DNA of 64,000 bases from Candidatus Omnitrophica bacterium UBA6249 (lineage in GTDB: Bacteria; Omnitrophota; Gorgyraeia; Gygaellales; Profunditerraquicolaceae). Numbering within the stretch: position 1 is the stretch's first letter; every line of letters starts with the position of its first letter. Both the position numbers and the translations under genes were made by a program. The notes beneath the pieces are model-generated. The model did not search any database, had not been told where the DNA came from, and worked only from the letters and a program-made list of their open reading frames with translations. Below, in pieces: positions 8,948 through 17,500 of this stretch. Where the stretch lies: positions 39,226-103,225 of the forward strand of contig DJVT01000003.1 of the NCBI GenBank assembly GCA_002441305.1. The letters run 5' to 3'.

Positions 8948-10150
8948 TTATTCTTTGTTCTTCATTCCGGGAGGGAACTTCTGCCAGGGGTATCCCCGGG
9001 CAGCCTGGTTAAAACCTAAATCAAACAACTCGCGCATTTCTTCGGGATCAAAAAGCTCTTTGGCCTTTGAAATATGGCTTGCCGGGATATAAGCAAGGTT
9101 AAAATCCCCCTTGCTCCTGTCGGTAAATACATATAACTGGTACAGGTCCCCGATGCTTTGGGCATTTGTCATGGCGTCAATCGTCCGCTCGGCGATCGCA
9201 GGGATGTTATCCGGGACTTCTTTGTAAAAAGGATCGACATACCCGTTTCTTATCACATAGATTTCATATCTAACAGCCGATGCATCGATACCTTTTTCTT
9301 TAAGCGCCTTGTCGAGGCCCTGCAGCACATCGTAAAGGAAAAACACCTGCCTGCTTATTCCTCCATCGACATGCATTTCGTCATACGACTGATTATTGGC
9401 GGTTACTTTTAAATAAACCGGCGGGAAGGCAACGGGAATCGACGCCGACGCCAATATAATCCTGCGGAATAACGTCAAGGCTTCCTCATTGCCGAAAGAA
9501 GCGATCTTGCCCATATCCCAGATCGCGAGGCGCCCCGCATCGAGATTAGTAGTGCCCACATAAAGCCTCCGCCCCTTATCATATTCTCCGGCGATATCTC
9601 TCAACAGCCTGGCGTCTATATATTTTTCGATGAGCCGCTGCAGCGGTACGGTACTGGCGACGGAATTGCTGAACGGGATCCTTATGCGGGGCGAACGCAT
9701 GCGCACTATATCCTTGGTGGAATAACTCGTATAAAATTCCTTCAGCTTGAAGTCGTAATCGCTCCCCAGGAAAGCAAAAGGAGCGATTATCGCCCCCGTG
9801 CTTATCCCCGTGACCGCCTTAAATAACGGGCGCTTGCCTGAATACGACCAGCCGTTCAACAATCCCGCTCCGTAGGCGCCATTGGCGGCGCCTCCGGAAA
9901 TAGCAAGAGCGTAATAAGTCTGGTCGGTTCCAAAATTAAAAAAGTGCGGGCCCTTTTTACCGTTTTCTTCCAGCAGCTTTACAAAATCCCGCTTAAAAGA
10001 ATCATTGGGCAGGCCGCTAAAAGCCCGGATCTCCCGCATGCCGTTGATCCCGGCAGTCCCCAATAAATCCGGCGGCACGGCGTGCCTTATGCCCGCGCAT
10101 CCGGAAAGCATGAAAATACCCAGAATTAAATAATGAAAACCTTTCGGCAT
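8948..10150 (-). CDS. patatin-like phospholipase, probable lipoprotein
   Basis: GxSxG nucleophile GISTGA, Gly-rich oxyanion region GGAANGAYGAG, and a DGG Asp motif (HVDGGIS). Start trimmed to MPKGFHYLILGIFMLSGCAG, which carries the lipobox LSGC. Confidence 0.85.
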   Translation of the reverse strand: MPKGFHYLILGIFMLSGCAGIRHAVPPDLLGTAGINGMREIRAFSGLPNDSFKRDFVKLLEENGKKGPHFFNFGTDQTYYALAISGGAANGAYGAGLLNGWSYSGKRPLFKAVTGISTGAIIAPFAFLGSDYDFKLKEFYTSYSTKDIVRMRSPRIRIPFSNSVASTVPLQRLIEKYIDARLLRDIAGEYDKGRRLYVGTTNLDAGRLAIWDMGKIASFGNEEALTLFRRIILASASIPVAFPPVYLKVTANNQSYDEMHVDGGISRQVFFLYDVLQGLDKALKEKGIDASAVRYEIYVIRNGYVDPFYKEVPDNIPAIAERTIDAMTNAQSIGDLYQLYVFTDRSKGDFNLAYIPASHISKAKELFDPEEMRELFDLGFNQAARGYPWQKFPPGMKNKE

Positions 10151-10154
10151 AATG

Positions 10155-10730
10155 TCACGAATTCTGCGGGCGGGAACCATTTTTCTTAATCACCGTCAAG
10201 ACAGCTGCCACGACTTCCGGGTCATACAATACTCCGCCGTTCTCCTTTATTTCCCGTATGGCTTTCTCAACGCTCAAGGCGGGCTTGTACACCTGGGGGG
10301 AAATAATCGTATCTACCACATCGGCGACCGCGATTATCCTTGCCAGGGGGCTTATATCTCCCCCCTTCTTCCCAAAAGGATAGCCCGAGCCATCCAATCT
10401 TTCGTGGTGCTGGAGAGCGATCTCCGAGGCAACAGGGTCAACTCTCAAAATACGCAAAAGACGGTAACCCATTTCCGGATGCTGTTTAACCAATGCCATT
10501 TCTTCTTCGTTCAGGGCGCCCGGCTTATTAATGACCTCCTCCGGCAGCCTGATCTTTCCGATATCATGGGAGATCGCCGAAATCCTGACAAGGCTGATCT
10601 TATTGTCGCCATACTTCATTTCTTTCGCGATAGCGCAGGAGATGCGGGCAACGCGCCTGCCGTGCGCAAGTACGGGTTTATTCCGGCCCAAAAGCCTTAT
10701 TATCGCCAACAGCGGGTTTGGTTTATCCAT
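10155..10730 (-). CDS. stand-alone HD-GYP domain phosphodiesterase
   Basis: HD motif (SHDIGK) and HHERLDGSGYP. Confidence 0.85.
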   Translation of the reverse strand: MDKPNPLLAIIRLLGRNKPVLAHGRRVARISCAIAKEMKYGDNKISLVRISAISHDIGKIRLPEEVINKPGALNEEEMALVKQHPEMGYRLLRILRVDPVASEIALQHHERLDGSGYPFGKKGGDISPLARIIAVADVVDTIISPQVYKPALSVEKAIREIKENGGVLYDPEVVAAVLTVIKKNGSRPQNS

Positions 10731-10733
10731 TTT

Positions 10734-13700
10734 TTAACGCCTTGAGAATATCCTTTCAAACCGTTCCAGGTACCAGAAAACAACCGGCACAAAAATAAAG
10801 GTAAAGACTATCGAAGCGAGCATCCCGCCGGTCATAACCGCACCCATGGACTGTTTCATTTCCATGACCGACCAGAACTGCGGCAAGACGCCCAGGATGA
10901 TCGCCAGGGAAGTCATAATGATTACCCGGAATTTCTCCGAAGCTCCCAGCCAAAGCGCCTCCTTAACCGGCACCCCTTCCTTCATCTTTACCAGCGCGTA
11001 ATCCAAAAGCAGGATGGCATTATTAACCACCATGCCTACCAGCATGACTACGCCCATTAAAGAAGCGACATTTATGGAGTGCCCCGTGAGAAATAATCCT
11101 AAGATCATGCCGATAACTGAAGTGGCCACGGTCATGATTACGGTAACGGGATAAGCGATCAATGAATTCATCAGGGCGCATAACAGCATGAAAGTCAGGA
11201 TAACCGCCAAAGTAAAAGCCTTGACGAGTTCACGGTTGGACTCCTCCATATTCTCGGCGTTGCCCACGTAACGGTAGCCGTAACCATCTGGAAAGTCCAT
11301 GGACTTGAACTTCTTATCCAGCAGGCCGCTCACATAACCGAAGGCGCTTTTGCCGAGAAACCCGTCTAAATGTATAACCCTCTCCCTGTCGCGATGCCAG
11401 ATAACCGGGATAGCCTTATCGGTCTTTAGCTCGCCAAAAATACTTATCGGCACCAGCCCCTTCCTGGAACGGATAGAAACAAGCTTCAGGTCGTCAAAAT
11501 CCTGGGCGTATTTATCGCTCAATTCGATATTAACTTTATATTCTTCGCCGCTCTCCTTGTAAACATTAGAATCGTCGCCGTAAATGGAGGCCCGCAGCGT
11601 GGATCCGGTATCGACAGCGGTCAGGCCGTATTCAATAAGTTTATCCTGCTGCGGGAGAAGACGGATCTCGTTGCGGGGGACTTTATAAGAAGAAATAACG
11701 CTGCGGAAATACCCGCTCTCCTGCATTATACCCTTCATCCGGTTGGAAAGTTCGATCATCCTGTCGTAATCTATCCCGTATAAATCTATGGCGATATCCC
11801 CCGTGCCCGGCTCAAGGGCTATCCCGCGCTCAAAGCTCACCTCAAGATCCGGGATCCGGGACATGAACCTGGTAAGCTCATCCATAATCTCAGTATCCCT
11901 CCTGCGCCGGTCCTTCAAAGGAACAAGATCCAGGGTAATCTTGGCGTTCTCCACCCCGTTTTCGCCTATATCGGTAAGATAGGATTTTTTCTCCGCAAGA
12001 TTATCCAGATAGTTCTCCACCACCTTTATGGTTTCGATGGTTCGTTCGATAGTCGAGCCCTGCGGGAGGATCATATTTATCCTGATCTGGTCTTCATCCG
12101 ACTGCGGGGCAAAGTCGTTTTCGATATACGGAACGATTAAAAACGAGGCGATAAATAATAACGCCACAAAGAAAATAGTCATTTTGGGATGACGGAAGAT
12201 AAAATCAAAAATATAACGGTACTCCCTTTTCAGGAAATCCATAAAACGGTCAACCTGCGCGCGCAGCAGTTTTAAAGGCGTAAATATCCGGCTTAAGATG
12301 CTGCCCCCTTTTTTGCCTTCCTTTCCCCCTTTCTCCGGTTTGAGAATCGCCGCACAAAGCATCGGGGTAAGAGAAAAAGAAGCCAGCAGCGAAAAGAGAG
12401 TGGCGTAGACTACGGTAAGCCCGAATGATTTCATAAACAGGCCGACCAAGCCTGCCATCATGGCAATGGGCATAAAAACCACAAGGTTGGTGCCGGTAGC
12501 GGCGATGATCGGCACCACCACCTCCTTGGTGCCGTTAATCGCCGCCGCCTCAGGGCCGCTTCCCCGCTTAAGATGCACCAGCACGTTCTCGATAATTACC
12601 AGGGCATTGGAGATCAAGGTGCCTAAAACCGTGGCGATGGCCAGCAGGGTCAGGGTATTTATGGAAAAATTTGACATCCATACCGGGAAAAGCGTGGAAA
12701 CAATCGATGTCGGGATAATGACCGAGGCGATAAATGTCGTCTCCCATTTCCCCAGGAACAAATAAAGTATCAAGGCGGTAAAAATCAAACCGTACAATAT
12801 GCTGAACTGGGTGCTGTTAGTCTCGTTAATGATAAAAGTAGTGGTATCGCTGGCGATGTCCAGCTTCATCCCCTTAGGCAGCCTCGACCTGAATTCATTA
12901 AGCCGCAGGCGCATCTGCCTGGCGATGGAAACTGCGTTGCCGTCGGAGGATTTATTCACCGAGAGCCCGACTACCTCCTTGCCGTCAAAACGGGCGTGGG
13001 TCTTTATCTTTTTAAAGCTGTCCTCGACGCAAGAAATATCCTTAAGATGAAACAATTCCCCGTCGGCAGAAGTCAGCTCCATATCGGAGATCTCGTCCAC
13101 ATCCTGGAACTCCCCGATGAATCTTACATTAAGGGAGCTGAAGCCTTTCTCCAGGTCCCCGACCGGGATATTCTTGTTTTTTGCGGACATCTGGTTGATT
13201 ACCTCGCCGATGCTGATGTAATAACGTTTCATAAGCATCGGGTCAAGGCGCACGTTTATCTGGCGCTTCCTGCCGCCATAAACGTCCACCTTGGCCACCC
13301 CGGCGATGGAAGCGAATCTTGTCTTCAGCGTCTTGTCGGCATATTCGTAAAGCTCGCGCACGTCCAGGCTGTCGCTGGAGAGCACCAGGTCCACCACCGG
13401 CTGGACCAGCGGGTCATATTTCTCGATCACCGGTTTCTTGATCCCGTCCGGCAGGTCATTCAGGATAGCGTCGACCTTGTCTTTCACTTCGATGGATTTT
13501 ACGTTTACGTCCGCGGAAAGAAGGAATTCTATGGATAAAAACCCCAGGCTGTCATAAGATTTGCTTTTTATCTTCTTGATCTCGGATACCTCGGAAACCG
13601 CATCCTCCACCTTCTTGACGATAAGCGTCTCTATCTCCAGGGGGGTGGCCCCGGCGTACTCGATGGATACGGTAACGATAGGATAATCTATCTTGGGGAA

Positions 13701-13802
13701 TTTCTCCACCAGCAGGTTCGAATAGCTGTATATGCCGAGGACCACGAATACCAGCACGAACATGATAGTGGTTATCTTATGTTTTACGAAGAAGTCGATC
13801 AT
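10734..13802 (-). CDS. RND efflux transporter, AcrB/HAE1-like inner-membrane pump
   Basis: 1022 aa with the typical N-terminus (FFVKHKITTIMFVLVFVVLG...PKIDYPIVTVSIEYAGATP) and 12-TM/two-large-loop organisation. Confidence 0.95.
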   Translation of the reverse strand: MIDFFVKHKITTIMFVLVFVVLGIYSYSNLLVEKFPKIDYPIVTVSIEYAGATPLEIETLIVKKVEDAVSEVSEIKKIKSKSYDSLGFLSIEFLLSADVNVKSIEVKDKVDAILNDLPDGIKKPVIEKYDPLVQPVVDLVLSSDSLDVRELYEYADKTLKTRFASIAGVAKVDVYGGRKRQINVRLDPMLMKRYYISIGEVINQMSAKNKNIPVGDLEKGFSSLNVRFIGEFQDVDEISDMELTSADGELFHLKDISCVEDSFKKIKTHARFDGKEVVGLSVNKSSDGNAVSIARQMRLRLNEFRSRLPKGMKLDIASDTTTFIINETNSTQFSILYGLIFTALILYLFLGKWETTFIASVIIPTSIVSTLFPVWMSNFSINTLTLLAIATVLGTLISNALVIIENVLVHLKRGSGPEAAAINGTKEVVVPIIAATGTNLVVFMPIAMMAGLVGLFMKSFGLTVVYATLFSLLASFSLTPMLCAAILKPEKGGKEGKKGGSILSRIFTPLKLLRAQVDRFMDFLKREYRYIFDFIFRHPKMTIFFVALLFIASFLIVPYIENDFAPQSDEDQIRINMILPQGSTIERTIETIKVVENYLDNLAEKKSYLTDIGENGVENAKITLDLVPLKDRRRRDTEIMDELTRFMSRIPDLEVSFERGIALEPGTGDIAIDLYGIDYDRMIELSNRMKGIMQESGYFRSVISSYKVPRNEIRLLPQQDKLIEYGLTAVDTGSTLRASIYGDDSNVYKESGEEYKVNIELSDKYAQDFDDLKLVSIRSRKGLVPISIFGELKTDKAIPVIWHRDRERVIHLDGFLGKSAFGYVSGLLDKKFKSMDFPDGYGYRYVGNAENMEESNRELVKAFTLAVILTFMLLCALMNSLIAYPVTVIMTVATSVIGMILGLFLTGHSINVASLMGVVMLVGMVVNNAILLLDYALVKMKEGVPVKEALWLGASEKFRVIIMTSLAIILGVLPQFWSVMEMKQSMGAVMTGGMLASIVFTFIFVPVVFWYLERFERIFSRR

Positions 13803-13805
13803 TCT

Positions 13806-14537
13806 TTATTTTCCCGTACCTGCATTATCGCCGGATGGATCCTCGAAGCCGGTTATAGCCACTTTATCGCCTTCCTTCAAAATACTCTGCCCCGTGCTGA
13901 CCACCAGGTCCCCCGAACTTAATCCCGCTTCCACGGCCGTACCGTAACCGTCGCGCCGGCCGATCTCAATCCTGGATTTTTTAGCTCTGCCCTCTTCTAT
14001 TTTCCATAATGAATAATTGCCCCCCGATATATCGACGACGCTATTGGGGACTACGATGGTATCCTTCAATTCCCCGCTCAAAACAAATACCGGGATCATT
14101 GCCCCGGGAGAAGCAACAGGACTGCCGAATTCCACACTTACCTTATACATGCCTGTGTGCGTGTCCATATCCCGGTCCATATCCGAAACCTTACCGCAGG
14201 CAGCGGCGCCTTCCCGCAAATAAACCTCCTGGCCCTTTTTAAGCTTATCCTTGATGTCCCCGGTTACAAAACCCGCACCAACGCTGCCCTGTCCGGCAAC
14301 AAGGGTAATCTTTGTGTAAACCGGCACATCCGAGCTTTTTACCTTCCTGGCGGTCACCGGCTTCCCGTACTCCTCCCACTCTGCGACAAAACTGATTATG
14401 CGGCTGGCGCGCTTATTCTCCACCGATTTAATAGTGGAAAAAACCGCAAACGTAACGGACAGTATTATCAGCAGGTATCCTGCCTTCCTTAAATTACGGC
14501 TTCCTAACGGCATCTTCTTTCTCGTAGTGTCCGGCAA
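13806..14537 (-). CDS. RND efflux periplasmic adaptor (short MFP)
   Basis: TM anchor plus beta-rich periplasmic domain, directly upstream of the RND pump. The start is uncertain (14537 or 14513). Confidence 0.75.
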   Translation of the reverse strand: MPDTTRKKMPLGSRNLRKAGYLLIILSVTFAVFSTIKSVENKRASRIISFVAEWEEYGKPVTARKVKSSDVPVYTKITLVAGQGSVGAGFVTGDIKDKLKKGQEVYLREGAAACGKVSDMDRDMDTHTGMYKVSVEFGSPVASPGAMIPVFVLSGELKDTIVVPNSVVDISGGNYSLWKIEEGRAKKSRIEIGRRDGYGTAVEAGLSSGDLVVSTGQSILKEGDKVAITGFEDPSGDNAGTGK

Positions 14538-15825
14538 TCAGTTTCTCTATCTTCGCCATGGTTACGTTGATATTAAACAGGGTCATTTCTTTATTCAATC
14601 TTTGATTCGTCAAAAGGAGCTCTGCGTCATTCAAATCCGTCAAATCCACTTTCCCTGAAGCGAACATCTCCTGGGTCTGCTTAAAGGACTCCTCCGCCAG
14701 GCCTACCGCCTCGTTATTGGCCGCCAGGTTAGCACGGTACTGCCGGTATTCCAGGACTGCTTTTTTCAACGCAAGCAGGAGGTCTTTTTCAAGCTGCTTC
14801 TTCTGTAAAATAGCTATTTCCTTATCCATGCGCGCCTGCCTCAGCTGCGCCTGTTTTTCTCCGCCCTCCCAGATAGGTATGCTTATCTTGATCCCCGCAA
14901 AGGTATAACTCCCGGTTTCATTGCCGTTCAGCGTAGAATCGCTTGGGGCAGCAATATTATTCCAAGAAGTAAATCCCGACACCGTGGGCAGGAAACTGGC
15001 ATTTTTGCTTTTTACGTTCGCTTCCGCGGATTCCATATATTTTTCGAGGCTCTTTAAAGAAGGCTCATGGCCATACATTGCCGAGACGAGTTTCTCATAA
15101 TCAAGTTCCCCGTATTCCTCTTTGAAGTCCTCCGTAAGATCTACCCCCCGGGGAGATTCTTCACCTATTACTTTTTTAAGGGTTTCGGTAGCCGTGCCGG
15201 ACTGCGCGCGCGCCTCGTTGACCGTGGGAACCCTGGCGGCTACCTCCGTGTCCATTCTTAGTATTTCATATTTCGAACTCCGCCCGCCGTAAGAACGCTG
15301 CTCAAGCAGTTTCTTGTTCTCTAAGGCATTGCCGTAAGAGCTTTCGGTTATTGACAAAGTCTTTCTGGCAAGCAGCCCCGTAAAATAACTTAACTTGGCG
15401 GTATAAATCACCTCCTGTTTCCCCGCCTCCCTATCGTACCTTCTCGCATCGATCGCTTTACTGGCGGAATCAACCGCGTGCATTATCTTGCCGAACGACC
15501 AAATGACCTGGGATGCGGTTATCCCGGTTACGGAATCATAATCCCCAAGCTTCATGGAACTGGGATAATCCACATTATATAAATACATGTATTGCGCATC
15601 TATATGCGGCATCATGCCCGCGCGCGCCTGCCGGTAAGCCCCTTCGCTCTTATCCACCCGGCGGTCCCGTATTTTTAATTCCTCGCTGGTATCTATGGCC
15701 ATCCTTATGGCATCATCAAGCCCGATCTGCAATATCTGTTCATCCCCGCCTCCGGCAAACAAATTATCAGAGATAAAAGATATTGAAATCATTAATGTTA
15801 CGATAAAAGTCGCCAACTTATTCAT
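14494..15825 (-). CDS. TolC-like outer-membrane efflux protein
   Basis: Signal peptide and duplicated OEP helical/barrel repeats. It is the first structural gene after the TetR regulator. Confidence 0.9.
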   Translation of the reverse strand: MNKLATFIVTLMISISFISDNLFAGGGDEQILQIGLDDAIRMAIDTSEELKIRDRRVDKSEGAYRQARAGMMPHIDAQYMYLYNVDYPSSMKLGDYDSVTGITASQVIWSFGKIMHAVDSASKAIDARRYDREAGKQEVIYTAKLSYFTGLLARKTLSITESSYGNALENKKLLEQRSYGGRSSKYEILRMDTEVAARVPTVNEARAQSGTATETLKKVIGEESPRGVDLTEDFKEEYGELDYEKLVSAMYGHEPSLKSLEKYMESAEANVKSKNASFLPTVSGFTSWNNIAAPSDSTLNGNETGSYTFAGIKISIPIWEGGEKQAQLRQARMDKEIAILQKKQLEKDLLLALKKAVLEYRQYRANLAANNEAVGLAEESFKQTQEMFASGKVDLTDLNDAELLLTNQRLNKEMTLFNINVTMAKIEKLIAGHYEKEDAVRKP

Positions 15826-15828
15826 CGC

Positions 15829-16434
15829 TTACCTTCTTCTCCCTACTCCATCCACAAAATACCCAAGGATAGTATCCGAGAGATCGGTCAAAGACCCCTT
15901 GCCCAATTTAAAACATTCGATGACCACCGTTTTCAATATTGCAAAAAATATATCCCCGGTCTGGCCCGGAATAAGATCGGACCTGATTATGCGGCGCTCC
16001 TGCCCCTCTCTTACCAGTTTTATCAAATATTCTTTAAACTGCCGCCCTGGGACGCTGCCGGCTATCCTGTCTTCGGTATAAATCTGGGATCCCTCATAGA
16101 CAAATATACGGAAAAAATCTTTGTTCTTCTCAAAAAAATCCAGGGCCTCCCTCAAGAATACCCGCAGCTTGATACGGGAATCCTCCTCACGCTCTACTCT
16201 TTCTTTCAACAACGACAGGAGCATTTTTATTTTGTTTTCAAATAGGGCAAAATAAAGATCGTCCTTATCTTTAAAATGCAGATAAACCGTACCGGTAGCA
16301 TATTGCGCCTCCCTGGCGATATCCCTTATCGTCGCTTTATGATAACCCCGTAAAGCAAAAACATGCTCTGCGGCCCTGAGGATATCCGAACGGCGAAGCT
16401 TCTTGTCCCTCTCTTTCCTGTTAAACGCGACCAT
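15829..16434 (-). CDS. TetR-family transcriptional regulator
   Basis: Start trimmed to MVAFNRKERDKK. TetR HTH: ILRAAEHVFALRGYHKATIRDIAREAQYATGTVYLHFKDKDDLY. Confidence 0.9.
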   Translation of the reverse strand: MVAFNRKERDKKLRRSDILRAAEHVFALRGYHKATIRDIAREAQYATGTVYLHFKDKDDLYFALFENKIKMLLSLLKERVEREEDSRIKLRVFLREALDFFEKNKDFFRIFVYEGSQIYTEDRIAGSVPGRQFKEYLIKLVREGQERRIIRSDLIPGQTGDIFFAILKTVVIECFKLGKGSLTDLSDTILGYFVDGVGRRR

Positions 16435-16462
16435 GCTGCCTCCATGCACATGCTGTTCGTTC

Positions 16463-16514
16463 TGTGAACAACTGTTCACAAATAAAATATACCATTCATA
16501 GAAGATATTGTCAA
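16463..16514 (-). promoter_or_regulatory. near-consensus promoter plus palindromic operator for the TetR/RND operon
   Basis: On the minus strand, TTGACA (16509-16514) is separated by 17 nt from TATATT (16486-16491). It is followed by the perfect inverted repeat TGTGAACA-ac-TGTTCACA (16463-16480), between the -10 and the TetR start. Confidence 0.6.
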
Positions 16515-16527
16515 GGTTTATTATGGC

Positions 16528-16560
16528 AAAAATAAAACCGCCGGCCAATACGGCCGGCGG
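16528..16560 (-). terminator. rho-independent terminator
   Basis: On the minus strand, CCGCCGGCC-gtatt-GGCCGGCGG (9-bp GC stem) is followed by TTTTATTTTT. It lies 36 nt after the stop of the 16596-17012 gene. Confidence 0.7.
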
Positions 16561-16595
16561 CTGAGTATTTTACTACAACATATTTTATTCCTGCA

Positions 16596-17012
16596 TCACT
16601 CAGAATCTTTCCCGTTTTCCGGAAAGGGCGTCATTTCCGGACCTTCCCGGATAGGCTGCTGCCCCTCCCTATTCTTCCATTGCTCCATCTGATTTCCTGT
16701 CAGATACTGCGAAAGCTTTGACTCCGTATCCTGCCGCAAGGCATCCATCTTAATCCTGGCAGAATCGAGGTCTGCAGCTGAACTCATAATTTTCCCTGCC
16801 TGTTCCATTTCCTCTTCCATTATCCTGGTAACCTGTTTCACTTGTTCATCGCTTAAATCGAGCTCCTTTTCCATTTTCGAGACGATGTCCTTCGCTGAAG
16901 GCTGCGCAAGAGGCCTGCCTCCCTGCTGGGCAAAAACAACTCCCCAGGAGACAAGCAGCATGCCTGCGGCAATAAGATAAACTCCAGCAACTTTGCCGAT
17001 ACAACGCATCAT
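16596..17012 (-). CDS. periplasmic LTXXQ-motif (Spy/CpxP-like) protein
   Basis: Signal peptide and a helical, charged body with LSDEQ and LTGNQ motifs. Confidence 0.5.
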   Translation of the reverse strand: MMRCIGKVAGVYLIAAGMLLVSWGVVFAQQGGRPLAQPSAKDIVSKMEKELDLSDEQVKQVTRIMEEEMEQAGKIMSSAADLDSARIKMDALRQDTESKLSQYLTGNQMEQWKNREGQQPIREGPEMTPFPENGKDSE

Positions 17013-17024
17013 ACACCTCCTTTT

Positions 17025-17324
17025 TTATCTGCCGTACAAAACCCGAAGCTGCTCTACCGTAGGATGGCCGGGGTAATATTCCCCTTGCGGACCGAGATAG
17101 CCGTCTTTCTGTTTAAGCAGCCTGACCGGAGTATAACTGCCGTTTACATTCGGGATATTTATTGTCAAGCTCTCCTTTTCAGGTCCTGGGGTTTCCAGTT
17201 TGAAAGGCCTTTCCACGACTACGTAACCCGAAGAATAAGATGTGAAATAAACATTACCATAACAATAGTAAGTTACCCCTTCTACGATAACGGTCTTGCG
17301 GCCTGCGGGCAGGACCTTCACCAC
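17025..17324 (-). CDS. hypothetical Tyr/Gly-rich protein, 5' end unresolved
   Basis: The track ORF starts at a GTG, but the same frame stays open up to 17486 with no ATG/GTG/TTG. A strong AGGAGG-N5-ATG sits at 17464 in another frame (see findings). Confidence 0.4.
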   Translation of the reverse strand: MVKVLPAGRKTVIVEGVTYYCYGNVYFTSYSSGYVVVERPFKLETPGPEKESLTINIPNVNGSYTPVRLLKQKDGYLGPQGEYYPGHPTVEQLRVLYGR

Positions 17325-17500
17325 AGCTCCTGCCGGAGGCGTACTTACAAGAATCTCGAATAGTCCGAAGAAAACCGGCCTGTAAAAACCGCCGTCGTGG
17401 TAACGGTATGCCCTTCCCGAATGACGGCCGTCAAAATAATTTTTGAAAGAATACCCCTGCGCATTTCTGCCTCCTTGAAAAATAGTTTACCGCAGATTCG

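Noticed and set aside
15829-16548. N-terminal extensions of several track ORFs: TetR to 16548, patatin to 10180, ABC-2 permease to 3733, MacA to 20495, the small secreted protein to 2063, and the ModF-like ATPase to 36436.
   Set aside because: The extensions overlap upstream genes or promoter/terminator elements. They lack family-typical sequence, and downstream Met codons give canonical N-termini (signal peptide, lipobox, HTH).
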